NCBI GenBank assembly: GCA_964634735.1
Contig: CAZWMA010000001.1
Location: 73,350 to 137,349 of the forward strand
DNA: 64,000 nucleotides
Direction: 5' to 3'
Origin: an uncultured Nitrososphaerota archaeon
GTDB lineage: Archaea; Thermoproteota; Methanomethylicia; Methanomethylicales; Methanomethylicaceae
The translations under genes were made by a program, and so were the position numbers. Position 1 is the stretch's first letter. Every line of letters starts with the position of its first letter. The notes beneath the pieces are model-generated. The model was given only the letters and a program-made list of their open reading frames with translations, searched no databases and was not told the DNA's origin. Positions 39,908 through 49,451 of the stretch are shown here, in pieces.

Positions 39908-40282
39908 ATGGCAATCATCAGAATTCATGAGATTAGAAAACTCAGCAAGGAAGACCGGGAAAAACGGCTTATTGAGCTCAAGGTAGAGCTATCGAAGCTC
40001 ATGGCAACAAAGGCTATGGGCGGTTCGCTCGAAAATCCGGGAAGAATCCGCCTCTTGAAGAAGACAATCGCAAGGATCAACACGGTCTCAAGGGAAGAGG
40101 AGCTTGGCATCGCCCGGAAGGTCGAGGGGAAGAAACCAAAAGCAGAGACGACTGAGCAGAAGGAAGAGTCTGATAAGAAATCAGAGGAGCCCGCGGTAGA
40201 AAAAGCAGCGCCAGCTGAGGCCAAGCCGAAGGCAAAGCGAACCAGGAAGGCCAAGGCGGCAGAGGAGGCTCCAAAAGAATGA
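39908..40282 (+). CDS. rpl29: ribosomal protein L29 (uL29) with charged C-terminal extension
   Basis: N-terminal ~70 aa match L29 (MAIIRIHEIRKLSKEDREKRLIELKVELSKL); extra K/E/A-rich tail of ~55 aa. Confidence 0.85.
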   Translation: MAIIRIHEIRKLSKEDREKRLIELKVELSKLMATKAMGGSLENPGRIRLLKKTIARINTVSREEELGIARKVEGKKPKAETTEQKEESDKKSEEPAVEKAAPAEAKPKAKRTRKAKAAEEAPKE

Positions 40283-40563
40283 TTTTCAATGTCAACCCGT
40301 ATAATTTGCTTTACACCGACCTGGTTGGGCTGAAAGTGCGCGTAGCTTCGAGCACAGATCCAACCCACATCGGCGTAACCGGAACCGTTGTCGACGAGAC
40401 CGAAAGGACACTCGTTGTGTCCACGGGAATCCGAGAGAAGGCTATCCCGAAGGTTTCGTCCAGTTTCGCTTTTTACCTCCCTGGTGAGGTAATGGTTGAC
40501 GGCAACTCCATAGCCTACAGCCCTGAGGAACGGCTCAAAAGGCTACAGAGGAGGAGAATGTAG
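40279..40563 (+). CDS. rnp1: RNase P protein component 1 (Rpp29/Pop4 homolog)
   Basis: 94 aa; LKVRVASSTDPTHIGVTGTVVDETERTLVV Sm-like Rpp29 fold; canonical position between L29 and S17. Confidence 0.75.
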   Translation: MIFNVNPYNLLYTDLVGLKVRVASSTDPTHIGVTGTVVDETERTLVVSTGIREKAIPKVSSSFAFYLPGEVMVDGNSIAYSPEERLKRLQRRRM

Positions 40564-40881
40564 ATGTCACAAGCAAAAGAGTCTAAAATAGCTTCATGTG
40601 GAGACGTAAATTGCCCCGTTCACGGTACCCTCTCAACAAGGGGGATGACCCTGACAGGCAAGGTCGTTAGCGACAAGATGCACAAGAACGTGGTTGTTCA
40701 GATTGACTTCCTTCAGCACTATCCGAAGTACCACAGATATGCCAAGAAGAAGTCCAAGATACACGCTCACAACCCTCCGTGCATAGCTGCAGCGAAGGGC
40801 GATATAGTGACCATACACGAATGCAGGCCATTGAGCAAGACCGTTGCATTTGTAGTGGTCGATAAGAAGGGTGGGGTTTAA
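40564..40881 (+). CDS. rps17: ribosomal protein S17 (uS17)
   Basis: 105 aa; N-terminal zinc-binding CGDVNCPVHG and OB-fold typical of archaeal S17. Confidence 0.85.
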   Translation: MSQAKESKIASCGDVNCPVHGTLSTRGMTLTGKVVSDKMHKNVVVQIDFLQHYPKYHRYAKKKSKIHAHNPPCIAAAKGDIVTIHECRPLSKTVAFVVVDKKGGV

Positions 40882-40883
40882 GG

Positions 40884-41312
40884 ATGGCGAAGAGAGGTAA
40901 GGGTTTAGGCGGAGGCATTACATACAGACCTGGCATTAGCGGAGGGCTCCATCATGAGTCTCTTCTCAAGTGCACTGACAATAGCGGTGCCAAGGTAGTC
41001 ATGATCATAGGCGTTCCGAGGGTCAAGACAAGAGTGAGACGCATCGGGACCGCCACAGTTGGCGACAAGGTCATTGTGTCGGTGAAGCAAGGAACACCTG
41101 ACACGAGGCGGCAGATCTTCCACTGCGTCATAGTCAGGCAGAGGAAACCGTTCAGGAGGATGGACGGCACCTGGCTCCAGTTCGAGGACAATGCCGGGGT
41201 CATAGTTACTGAGGAAGGCGAAACCAAGGGAACCGAGATACGGGGCCCAGTGGCGAAGGAGGCTGCCGAGAGGTGGCCTAAAGTCGCCGGTCTAGCCTCG
41301 ATGGTGATTTGA
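40884..41312 (+). CDS. rpl14: ribosomal protein L14 (uL14)
   Basis: 142 aa; CTDNSGAK motif. Confidence 0.9.
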   Translation: MAKRGKGLGGGITYRPGISGGLHHESLLKCTDNSGAKVVMIIGVPRVKTRVRRIGTATVGDKVIVSVKQGTPDTRRQIFHCVIVRQRKPFRRMDGTWLQFEDNAGVIVTEEGETKGTEIRGPVAKEAAERWPKVAGLASMVI

Positions 41313-41686
41313 GGAGGTATGCGCAATTGACAACAACTAGTCCGAAGGCTCAAAGGAAGTCATATTCCAAGCAATCGACGAAGGTCGGCACAATCCGTGC
41401 GCCGCTCTCGACTGCGCTTAAAGGGCAGTATTCCATACGCACGGTCCATGTCCGGAAAGGCGACTCCGTGTCAGTGGTTAGGGGCGACTATAAGGGGCAC
41501 GAGGGGAAGGTTACGGGCGTCTTCACTTCTGATATGAGGATCACCGTTGACGGTGTCAACATGAAGAAGATGGATGGCACAAGCAAGCCCGTGATGATGG
41601 TACCGTCAAAGGTCGTAGTGACGAAGCTGGACCTTAGCGACAAGGTAAGGAAGGGGTCTCTGGAGGACTCCAAGAAATCCAAATGA
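41309..41686 (+). CDS. rpl24: ribosomal protein L24 (uL24)
   Basis: KOW motif VRKGDSVSVVRGDYKGHEGKV; true start possibly TTG at 41327, downstream of a GAGGAGG RBS. Confidence 0.85.
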   Translation: MRRYAQLTTTSPKAQRKSYSKQSTKVGTIRAPLSTALKGQYSIRTVHVRKGDSVSVVRGDYKGHEGKVTGVFTSDMRITVDGVNMKKMDGTSKPVMMVPSKVVVTKLDLSDKVRKGSLEDSKKSK

Positions 41687-41690
41687 GTGA

Positions 41691-42440
41691 ATGGAGGAAT
41701 ATTTTTTGTCAAGACATCTAAAGACTTATCCGGCACCAAGGTTCTGGCCGATCAAGATCAAGGAACGCGAGTTCGTAATCAGGCCGAATGCAGGTCCTCA
41801 CAAGCTAGTCAATTCCATACCGCTGGGCATCGTCCTCAGGGACGTGCTTGGACATGCGAAAACAGTCTCCGAAGCCAAGCGCATGCTTGCCGAGGGGAAG
41901 GTGCTCGTCGATGGTAAGGTTAAGGTTGACTATAAACTCCCAGTCGGGCTTATGGACGTGATCTACCTCAAGCCAGCAAACACCTACTACCGAATTCTGC
42001 CAAACAACGTAAACGAGATGGCGCTCATGAAGATCACTGCAGAAGATGCATCCTTCAAGCTTGCAAGAGTGACAGGGAAACGCCTTCTGAAGAACAAGAA
42101 AGCACAAATCAACCTTCACGATGGGCGATGCGTTGTCATAGACGTGAGCGATTCTTTCAACGTCCAGATCCCGTACCGGCTTATGGATACGGTCAAGCTT
42201 TCCCTGCCAGATGGACAGATTTTAGACCACGTGCCGCTGGCGGTCGGGGCATTTGTCTCTATTACAGGCGGAACGAAGATCGGCAAGTTCGGCACCATCA
42301 AGGATATGCCGAAGAAGAAAAGCCCGAACCAGCTAGCGACGGTCGTCGTCGGGGACGCAGAAACTACCGTCATGCTTAAGTATCTATTCCCAATTGGTAA
42401 GGAAAGTCCAATCATCAACATAAATGGAGAAGTGACTTAA
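41691..42440 (+). CDS. rps4e: ribosomal protein S4e
   Basis: 249 aa; SRHLKTY...GPHK N-terminus; likely true start TTG ~41706 after a GGAGG RBS. Confidence 0.85.
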   Translation: MEEYFLSRHLKTYPAPRFWPIKIKEREFVIRPNAGPHKLVNSIPLGIVLRDVLGHAKTVSEAKRMLAEGKVLVDGKVKVDYKLPVGLMDVIYLKPANTYYRILPNNVNEMALMKITAEDASFKLARVTGKRLLKNKKAQINLHDGRCVVIDVSDSFNVQIPYRLMDTVKLSLPDGQILDHVPLAVGAFVSITGGTKIGKFGTIKDMPKKKSPNQLATVVVGDAETTVMLKYLFPIGKESPIININGEVT

Positions 42441-42441
42441 G

Positions 42442-42996
42442 TTGTCCGCGGGTGCTACAGCCGCCGAGGGCGGCCAATTGAACCCCATGCTTACACTGAA
42501 GATAGGAAAAGTAGTTGTAAACATGGGTCTAGGCGAAGGTGGAGAGAAGCTTGAGAAGGCAATGACCGTACTCAAGTCTCTTACCGGAGTAAAACCATGT
42601 CCCAGGAAGGCCAAAAAGCCGATCAGGGATTTCGGAGTCAGAAAGGGCGAGAACATCGCATGCATCGCGACCATAAGGGGTCCAGCGGTGGATGATTTCT
42701 TGAAGCGCGCCTTTGAGTCAAAGAAGAACAAGATCAAGGAGAGCTGCTTCGACGATTTTGGCAATGTCTCTTTTGGGATAACTGAGCACATTAACATACC
42801 GGGGACGAAGTATGACCCGCGGCTCGGGATATTCGGGATGAATGTCTGCGTCGTCATAGAGAGGCCAGGCTATAGGGTGTCCCGCAGGAGCGAGCGCCCA
42901 GGTAGCATCGGTCGCAGTCACCGCGTCAACAAGGCAGAGTCCATAGCATTCATGACCGAGCGCTATGGGATACGCCTCGACGTCAAGGAGGAGTAG
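42442..42996 (+). CDS. rpl5: ribosomal protein L5 (uL5)
   Basis: 184 aa; [24 protein letters not shown]...LTGVKP match uL5. Confidence 0.9.
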   Translation: MSAGATAAEGGQLNPMLTLKIGKVVVNMGLGEGGEKLEKAMTVLKSLTGVKPCPRKAKKPIRDFGVRKGENIACIATIRGPAVDDFLKRAFESKKNKIKESCFDDFGNVSFGITEHINIPGTKYDPRLGIFGMNVCVVIERPGYRVSRRSERPGSIGRSHRVNKAESIAFMTERYGIRLDVKEE

Positions 42997-42998
42997 AA

Positions 42999-43166
42999 AT
43001 GGGTAAGTATCATCATGCCAAGGAAAGGAAGTTCGGCAAAGGCAGCAGACGTTGCAAACGCTGCGGGTCAAAGGGTAGCTCAATCATCAGGCGGTACAAC
43101 CTAAACATCTGCAGGCAATGCTTCAGAGAGTCTGCTGAGGGTCTGGGCTTCAAGAAATATATGTGA
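42999..43166 (+). CDS. rps14: ribosomal protein S14 (uS14, zinc type Z)
   Basis: 55 aa, not in the ORF track (<60 aa): [55 protein letters not shown] with C4 zinc ribbon. Confidence 0.85.
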   Translation: MGKYHHAKERKFGKGSRRCKRCGSKGSSIIRRYNLNICRQCFRESAEGLGFKKYM

Positions 43167-43178
43167 GGTTGACAAAAA

Positions 43179-43571
43179 ATGTGGGTTCAAGATCCTCTTG
43201 CAAACGCACTCGTAAACATTATGAACAGCGAAGAGAGGGGCAAAACAGAATGCATAGTAACCCCCGCTCCGAAGCTGATCGCAAATGTCCTTAGGACGCT
43301 GCAGAAAGCAGGCTACGTGGGAGAGTTCGAGCTTATCGATGATGGAAGGCTCGGCAAGCTCAGAATACAGCTTCTGGGCAGGATAAACAAGTGCGGCGTA
43401 ATCAAGCCGTACTTCTCTGTCTCGTACAACGAACTAGAAGACTGGGCTCACCAGTATCTTCCGGGTAAGGACATTGGCTTCATTATACTTACCACGCCGA
43501 AGGGCATACTCACGCACAAAGATGCCGTCGCCAACAAAGTTGGCGGAAGGCTGATGGCGTACGTCTACTAG
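43179..43571 (+). CDS. rps8: ribosomal protein S8 (uS8)
   Basis: 130 aa; the translation matches uS8 and follows S14. Confidence 0.9.
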   Translation: MWVQDPLANALVNIMNSEERGKTECIVTPAPKLIANVLRTLQKAGYVGEFELIDDGRLGKLRIQLLGRINKCGVIKPYFSVSYNELEDWAHQYLPGKDIGFIILTTPKGILTHKDAVANKVGGRLMAYVY

Positions 43572-43583
43572 GAGGAATTACAA

Positions 43584-44114
43584 ATGGCAGAGTATGCAAG
43601 TTTAAAAATTAAAGTTCCTGAGGGTGTCCAGGCTCAGCTCACCGATTCGACGGTAACAGTGACAGGGCCAAAAGGCAAGCTGACTAGGGACTTTACGCAC
43701 ACAAGGATGAATCTTGAGATCTCTAACGATGAGATCACGATAACTGCTCCCCTGAAAGGAAAGCGCCTGAAAGCCTTGGTAGGCACAGTAGGCGCTCACA
43801 TCAAGAACATGTGCAAGGGAGTAACCTCTGGGCACATCTACCACATGAAGGTCGTATATGCGCACTTCCCTATCACTGTCAAGGTGGCCGGGAAACAGGT
43901 TCTCATAGAGAACTTTATGGGCGAAAGGTCGAGACGTACTGCGAGCATCGTGGGCAACGTTAAGGTTACTGTCCAAGGCGACGAGCTGACTTTGGAGAGC
44001 ACGGACAAAGAAGATCTAGGTCAGACCGCTGCTAACATACACTTCGCGACTCACGTAAAGAAGATGGACCCGAGGGTCTTCCAGGACGGGGTCTACGTTT
44101 CAGGGAGGGCATAG
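43584..44114 (+). CDS. rpl6: ribosomal protein L6 (uL6)
   Basis: 176 aa; the translation matches uL6. Confidence 0.9.
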   Translation: MAEYASLKIKVPEGVQAQLTDSTVTVTGPKGKLTRDFTHTRMNLEISNDEITITAPLKGKRLKALVGTVGAHIKNMCKGVTSGHIYHMKVVYAHFPITVKVAGKQVLIENFMGERSRRTASIVGNVKVTVQGDELTLESTDKEDLGQTAANIHFATHVKKMDPRVFQDGVYVSGRA

Positions 44115-44116
44115 CA

Positions 44117-44692
44117 ATGGCGAACAAGTCACCCAAAGAAATGAAGAAGGCTCTCAAGATAAGGGCGAAGGTAGCAAGCGAAAGACCGGACTTTCCGCGC
44201 TCTGAGACACACCGCTTCCCAAGGCTGGGAGACAAGTGGCGCAGCAGCAAGGGCATCAGGTCCAAGATGAGGCTGAAGAAGCGTGGCCGCTCAGCGATTG
44301 TCGAGACCGGATACCGCGGTCCCACATCGGTAAGAGGGCTGCATCCAACCGGAAAGGAAGATGTGCTCATCCACAACGTGAGCGAGCTCGATGGCATTAA
44401 CCCAGAGACGCAGGTAGTAAGAATATCTGCAACATCCGGAAAGAAGAAGCGCATCGAGATAATGAAGAAAGCCGAAGAGCTCAAGATTGACGTCCTCAAC
44501 ATCAGGGCATCAGAGGTTCCGAAGAAGGCCGATGCAGAAGAGGCGGTTGAAGAGAAATCAGAGGAGACCTCAGAAGAGGGCGCCGAGGAGTCCTCCGAGA
44601 GCGCCGACGAGGAAACGGTGGAGACCGAAGAGCCTGCAGCTGAAGAGGACGAAATAGGAGAAACTAACGACGAAGAGGCTGAACGCAAATGA
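44117..44692 (+). CDS. rpl32e: ribosomal protein L32e with acidic C-terminal tail
   Basis: N-terminal ~130 aa match L32e; C-terminal ~55 aa are Glu/Asp/Ser-rich low complexity. Confidence 0.85.
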   Translation: MANKSPKEMKKALKIRAKVASERPDFPRSETHRFPRLGDKWRSSKGIRSKMRLKKRGRSAIVETGYRGPTSVRGLHPTGKEDVLIHNVSELDGINPETQVVRISATSGKKKRIEIMKKAEELKIDVLNIRASEVPKKADAEEAVEEKSEETSEEGAEESSESADEETVETEEPAAEEDEIGETNDEEAERK

Positions 44693-45123
44693 GTCTCAGA
44701 AACCAGAAGAAAATGGCAGCAGACGTCTTAAAAATCGGCGAGACGCGTGTCTGGATCGACCCAGAGCGATTTGAAGACGTCAGCATCGCAATCACACGCG
44801 ACGACGTGCGCGCTTTGATAAAGGACGGCGCCATCTCAACTAGGCCCGAAGTAGGCATAAGCCGAGGCAGATTCCGGCACAACCACCTCCAGAAGAGGAA
44901 GGGGCTGCGGAAAGGCCCAGGCACGAGGAAGGGCGTAGTGAGGGGCGACGAATGGGAGAACCGCATACGATCGATGAGGGAATTCCTAAAGCTGCTCAGG
45001 AAGAGGAAGATAATTACTCCAGCAGTCTACAGGACTCTATACCTCAAGGCAAAAGGCGGCGCATTCCATGACCGAAGGCAGCTCAAATCCTACGTAGAGG
45101 AGCACGAGTTGGCGAGGAGGTAA
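44689..45123 (+). CDS. rpl19e: ribosomal protein L19e
   Basis: 144 aa; MSLRNQKKMAADVLKIGETRVWIDPE is the L19e N-terminus. Confidence 0.9.
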   Translation: MSLRNQKKMAADVLKIGETRVWIDPERFEDVSIAITRDDVRALIKDGAISTRPEVGISRGRFRHNHLQKRKGLRKGPGTRKGVVRGDEWENRIRSMREFLKLLRKRKIITPAVYRTLYLKAKGGAFHDRRQLKSYVEEHELARR

Positions 45124-45128
45124 TTGAT

Positions 45129-45719
45129 ATGGCAAAAGGAACTAACTACAGAGTAGCTTTCAGGAGAAGGCGTGAAGCCAGGACCGATTACAGGCTCAGA
45201 CGTAAGCTCATCATAAGCGGGTCATTGAGGCTTGTAGTGAGGAAATCGCTCAAGCACATTAACCTGCAGCTAGTTGAGGCAAAGTTCGAGGGAGACTCAG
45301 TGTTGGCCCATGCTGGAACCATTGAACTCAAGAAATTCGGCTGGAAGGTTGGGACGGGAAACCTGCCCGCATCTTACCTCGCTGGGTTCCTGCTAGGAAA
45401 ACGCGCTATCGCTATGGATAAGAACACGGCGATCGCCGACTTCAACAGCTATAAGATTACAGCTTCAAACAAGCTCTATGCTGCACTGAAAGGTGCAATC
45501 GATGCAGGCCTAGGCGTTCCGCATGACGAGAAGGTCATCCCGGATGACGATCGCGTCAGTGGGGCACACATCGCGAAATATGCCGACGAGATGCAGAAGG
45601 CAGACCCTGCAAAGTACCAGGCTTACTTCTCCCAATATCTCGCAGGCGGCATCGCTCCGGAGAAACTCGCCGAGCACTTTGAGGCTACAAAGAAAAGGAT
45701 TGAGAAAGAGGTAAAGTGA
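45129..45719 (+). CDS. rpl18: ribosomal protein L18 (uL18)
   Basis: 196 aa; the translation matches uL18. Confidence 0.9.
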   Translation: MAKGTNYRVAFRRRREARTDYRLRRKLIISGSLRLVVRKSLKHINLQLVEAKFEGDSVLAHAGTIELKKFGWKVGTGNLPASYLAGFLLGKRAIAMDKNTAIADFNSYKITASNKLYAALKGAIDAGLGVPHDEKVIPDDDRVSGAHIAKYADEMQKADPAKYQAYFSQYLAGGIAPEKLAEHFEATKKRIEKEVK

Positions 45720-45720
45720 C

Positions 45721-46326
45721 ATGTCTTACACAACAACCCAATGGGTCCCAAGAACCTCACTAGGCAAGCAAGTGCTGGAGGGCAAGATCACTAGCATCAA
45801 GGAAGTCTTCGAGCAGAACATACCTATTAAGGAACCCGAGATAGTCGACATGCTGCTCCCGGACATGAAGCACGAGGTACTAGACGTTAACATTGTCCAG
45901 AAGCAGACCGACGCCGGCGAGATCACAAAGTTCAAGATCGGAGTAGTCGTAGGCAACAACGATGGATATATCGGCATAGGGATCGGAAAGTCCAAGCAGA
46001 TGCGGTTCGCAATCGACAAGGCAGTCGCAGATGCCAAGTTGAACCTGACCCCGGTAAAGAGAGGTTGCGGCAACTGGGAATGCACATGCGGCAAGACCCA
46101 CAGCCTGCCTTACAAAGTAGATGGCAAGAACGGCAGCGTCTCCGTGACCCTAATACCTGCTCCCAAGGGGATCGGGCTGATTGGTGGCGCAGTCGCAAAG
46201 ACAATCCTTACGTTTGCAGGCATTAAGGACGCCTGGGTTGTATCATACGGCGAGACGAGGACAACTATTAACTTCGCAGGCGCAGTATACGAGGCGCTGA
46301 AGAACACTTACAGGTTCAAGCAGTGA
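45721..46326 (+). CDS. rps5: ribosomal protein S5 (uS5)
   Basis: 201 aa; the translation matches uS5. Confidence 0.9.
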   Translation: MSYTTTQWVPRTSLGKQVLEGKITSIKEVFEQNIPIKEPEIVDMLLPDMKHEVLDVNIVQKQTDAGEITKFKIGVVVGNNDGYIGIGIGKSKQMRFAIDKAVADAKLNLTPVKRGCGNWECTCGKTHSLPYKVDGKNGSVSVTLIPAPKGIGLIGGAVAKTILTFAGIKDAWVVSYGETRTTINFAGAVYEALKNTYRFKQ

Positions 46327-46336
46327 GGTATGAAAA

Positions 46337-46795
46337 ATGAAAACATTCTTAGTAATACGCATAAGGGGCAGGATGGGCATAGCCCCTGAGAACCTCGACA
46401 CAATGGATCGCCTCAACATCCCAAAGAAGAACAACGCAGCGATATGGACCGATGACCCTTCAACAGTAGGCATGATTAACAAAATAGGGGACTACGTAAC
46501 CTGGGGAGAGATCAATAAGGAAACCTTGATGGCCATGATTGAGAAGAGGGGAAGGCTTCCGGGTGATCTCAAGCTTACAGCGGACACGCTCAAGACGAAT
46601 AAACTGGGCACGATCGAGGAAATCGCTGACAAGATACTTGCGGAAGGGAAAGTCCCAGAGCCTATCAAGCGCACATTCAGGCTCACACCCCCAAGCGGCG
46701 GCTTTAAGCACCATATAACCAGGCACATAAAGTCTGACGGTGAGCTCGGCTACCGCGGCGCAGAGATTAACGCACTCATCATCAAGATGATCTGA
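46337..46795 (+). CDS. rpl30: ribosomal protein L30 (uL30)
   Basis: 152 aa; MKTFLVIRIRGRMGI archaeal L30 N-terminus. Confidence 0.9.
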   Translation: MKTFLVIRIRGRMGIAPENLDTMDRLNIPKKNNAAIWTDDPSTVGMINKIGDYVTWGEINKETLMAMIEKRGRLPGDLKLTADTLKTNKLGTIEEIADKILAEGKVPEPIKRTFRLTPPSGGFKHHITRHIKSDGELGYRGAEINALIIKMI

Positions 46796-46841
46796 GCCTT
46801 TTTTTGTGCTCAAAACTCTTTTTTATCCCTGCACATAATAT
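46796..46841 (+). promoter_or_regulatory. T-tract plus AT-rich element between rpl30 and the hsp20 insert
   Basis: CCTTTTTTTGTGC...CTTTTTTATCCCTGCACATAATATG ends right at the hsp20 ATG; candidate terminator/promoter pair. Confidence 0.25.
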
Positions 46842-47363
46842 GTGTCAGGGGGATTTTGTATCACCAAGAAGAGCTACTTCTGGGCCGACCCATTCTGGGA
46901 CCTTAACCGGATCGATGCCCTGATGGAAGAGTTCATGAACGAGGCATTCGAGTCTATGATGAATGCTGAAAGGAACCAGCGCCTGATGTACTATGGATTC
47001 TCCGTCTCTGTTGGGCCTGATGGCAAGCCATTGATTAGCGAATTCGGGAACGTGCGCCCTGGTCTTGAAGGGCCAGAGCTCCGCGAGGAGATATCCCCGC
47101 TCGTGGACATCATGGACTCCAAGGGTTGCATAACCGTCTTCGCAGAGCTGCCGGGGGTCGAGAAGAAGGATATAGACCTCAAGGTGGCGGAGGACTGCCT
47201 TACTATCTCAGTCGAGAAAGAGAAGAGAAATTATTACAAGGAGGTCGCCCTCCCGGCAAACGTGAAACCTGGAACTGCAAAGGCGAGCTACAAGAACGGG
47301 GTGCTCGAAGTCTCTCTGGAGAAGGCTGGAAAGCAATCCGGCAAGAGGATAACCGTCAAATAA
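46842..47363 (+). CDS. small heat-shock protein (Hsp20/alpha-crystallin family)
   Basis: 173 aa; alpha-crystallin domain segment GCITVFAELPGVEKKDIDLKV...YKNGVLEVSLEKA. Confidence 0.8.
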   Translation: MSGGFCITKKSYFWADPFWDLNRIDALMEEFMNEAFESMMNAERNQRLMYYGFSVSVGPDGKPLISEFGNVRPGLEGPELREEISPLVDIMDSKGCITVFAELPGVEKKDIDLKVAEDCLTISVEKEKRNYYKEVALPANVKPGTAKASYKNGVLEVSLEKAGKQSGKRITVK

Positions 47364-47435
47364 GCCCCCTAAAAAAGTAAAAATATTTAAGATAGACGCC
47401 GGTTTTGTTATCGCTAATCATAGTGGTGTTTACAG

Positions 47436-47870
47436 ATGGTTGTCAGAAGAGATCGCAAAGTTCGCAGACAGCGAGGTTCCAGGCTTTATGGTTGGGGCAC
47501 AATAGGGCAGCACCGGAAGTCTGGCATGCGCGGTGGCTATGGCGCTGCAGGCTATCACAAGCACAAGTGGAGTTACGTTACTACTTATGACAAGGATCAC
47601 TTTGGAAAGGACGGCTTCGTGAGGCCAGACGCAGTCACCCACGAGGTTCATGCGATCAATGTTGGCACTATAGCCGCAATGATTCATGGGAAGGTCCTTA
47701 CCCAGGACGAGAAGGGCAGGGCAGTCTTGGACATGTCCACGATGGGCATCGACAAGGTCCTCGGTGGCGGCAAGATCGACTTTCCGATTGTGATTAAGGT
47801 ATCGGGCGTTAGTGAGCTAGCCAAGAAGAAGATAGCGGATGCCGGCGGAGAAGTACTGACGGCAGAGTGA
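47436..47870 (+). CDS. rpl15: ribosomal protein L15 (uL15)
   Basis: 144 aa; RKVRRQRGSRLYGWG...GGYGAAGYHKHKW motif. Confidence 0.9.
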   Translation: MVVRRDRKVRRQRGSRLYGWGTIGQHRKSGMRGGYGAAGYHKHKWSYVTTYDKDHFGKDGFVRPDAVTHEVHAINVGTIAAMIHGKVLTQDEKGRAVLDMSTMGIDKVLGGGKIDFPIVIKVSGVSELAKKKIADAGGEVLTAE

Positions 47871-47877
47871 AAGCTCA

Positions 47878-49311
47878 ATGGCCCGCTTAATTGAGTTAAT
47901 GGAGCCTATTGTGCGCCGGTTACCCGAGATACCGAAGCCGCAGCGCAAAGTGGCTCTTAAGGAGAAAGCGCTTTGGACCATCATCGCACTTTCAATTTAT
48001 TTGGTGATGTGCGAGATACAATTGTATGGGTCGCCATACCTCCAGTCGGGCTATGAGCAATACCTCCTATACAGGGTGATATTCGCATCAAAGACAGGCT
48101 CGCTCATGGAGTTGGGCATAGGTCCTATCGTTACCGCGGGCCTCATAATGCAGATTCTTGCAGGCTCAAAGATCCTTAACGTCAACATGTCCAATCCAAA
48201 GGACAGAGGCCTCTTCACAGGCACACAGAAGGTTCTCGCCATAGTGATGACCCTCTTCGAGGGTGTAGCATTCCTCCTCGGCGGGTCCTACGGCCACCCT
48301 GACATGATTACTGCTGTTCTCATTATAGCTCAGCTTGTGGCAGTCGGTGTACTTGTTCTGCTGCTGGATGAGATGATTCAGAAAGGCTGGGGTCTTGGAA
48401 GCGGCGTCAGCCTCTTCATCCTCGCAGGCGTTGCGCAGAAGGTCATGTGGAGCTCATTCTCTCCAATCGGCCCAGTTGACGAGGCAAACAGGTCGCTCGG
48501 CGCCATAGTGGCGACGGTTCAGACCCTGCTGGCTGGCGGTGATATCATGTCGGTCTTCTCAAGGTACCCGTATCCTGACATGACTGGGTTCATAACCATG
48601 CTGATTGTCTTCTTCGTCGCAGTATACCTCGAAGGCATGAAGATAGAGATCCCTGTCTCATACGCCAAGTACGGGGGCATGAGGGCAAAGATCCCGCTCA
48701 AGTTCATGTATGTCTCGAACATACCCATCATCCTCGCATCTGCACTCTTCGCAAACTTCTACTACCTCGGTCAGATGCTCTGGCAGAACCTCAACCAGGG
48801 CAACCTCAATCCTTGGATAACTTGGTTCGTCAAGATGGAGATACCTGCAACATCATCATCACCAGTGTTGATGCCAGGCTGCCTGCTCTACTACCTGCAG
48901 GCACCCAACAGCATAAGCTCAGTTATCGCCGACCCGCTGCACGCATTGCTATACCTACTGATACTTGTCGGCTTCTCAATCGTATTTGCCAAGGTCTGGG
49001 TCGAGGTATCCGGCATGACCGCGAAGAACCAGGCTGACCAGCTTGTTAACGCCGGCATGCAGATACCCGGATTCAGGAGGTCTCCGGCGATAATCGAGCA
49101 GATACTCAACAGGTACATCCCCTCGCTTACCATTATAAGCGGCATTGCGATAGGGTTGCTAGCAGGGCTCGCCGACATGCTTGGTGCCATAGGCAGCGGT
49201 ATAGGCATACTGCTCTCAGTTGGCATAATATACCAATACTACCAGATACTGGCGAAAGAGCAGCTCACAGAGACATATCCTGGCCTCGGAAAACTTCTGG
49301 GGCAGGATTAG
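47878..49311 (+). CDS. secY: preprotein translocase subunit SecY
   Basis: 477 aa, 10 TM segments; archaeal SecY N-terminus and conserved plug/TM motifs. Confidence 0.9.
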   Translation: MARLIELMEPIVRRLPEIPKPQRKVALKEKALWTIIALSIYLVMCEIQLYGSPYLQSGYEQYLLYRVIFASKTGSLMELGIGPIVTAGLIMQILAGSKILNVNMSNPKDRGLFTGTQKVLAIVMTLFEGVAFLLGGSYGHPDMITAVLIIAQLVAVGVLVLLLDEMIQKGWGLGSGVSLFILAGVAQKVMWSSFSPIGPVDEANRSLGAIVATVQTLLAGGDIMSVFSRYPYPDMTGFITMLIVFFVAVYLEGMKIEIPVSYAKYGGMRAKIPLKFMYVSNIPIILASALFANFYYLGQMLWQNLNQGNLNPWITWFVKMEIPATSSSPVLMPGCLLYYLQAPNSISSVIADPLHALLYLLILVGFSIVFAKVWVEVSGMTAKNQADQLVNAGMQIPGFRRSPAIIEQILNRYIPSLTIISGIAIGLLAGLADMLGAIGSGIGILLSVGIIYQYYQILAKEQLTETYPGLGKLLGQD

Positions 49312-49451
49312 ATGTCAGCGTGGCGCTCTAGAGGGCGAGCTGCCGCATCCGCTCGCCTTAACGGATGGGTTCGGGCGGCACCGGAATATCCCGGTGCTAT
49401 AATCGCCATGCTCGCCCTGCAAAACAAAACGAGAATTGGAGTCAAAAGAAT

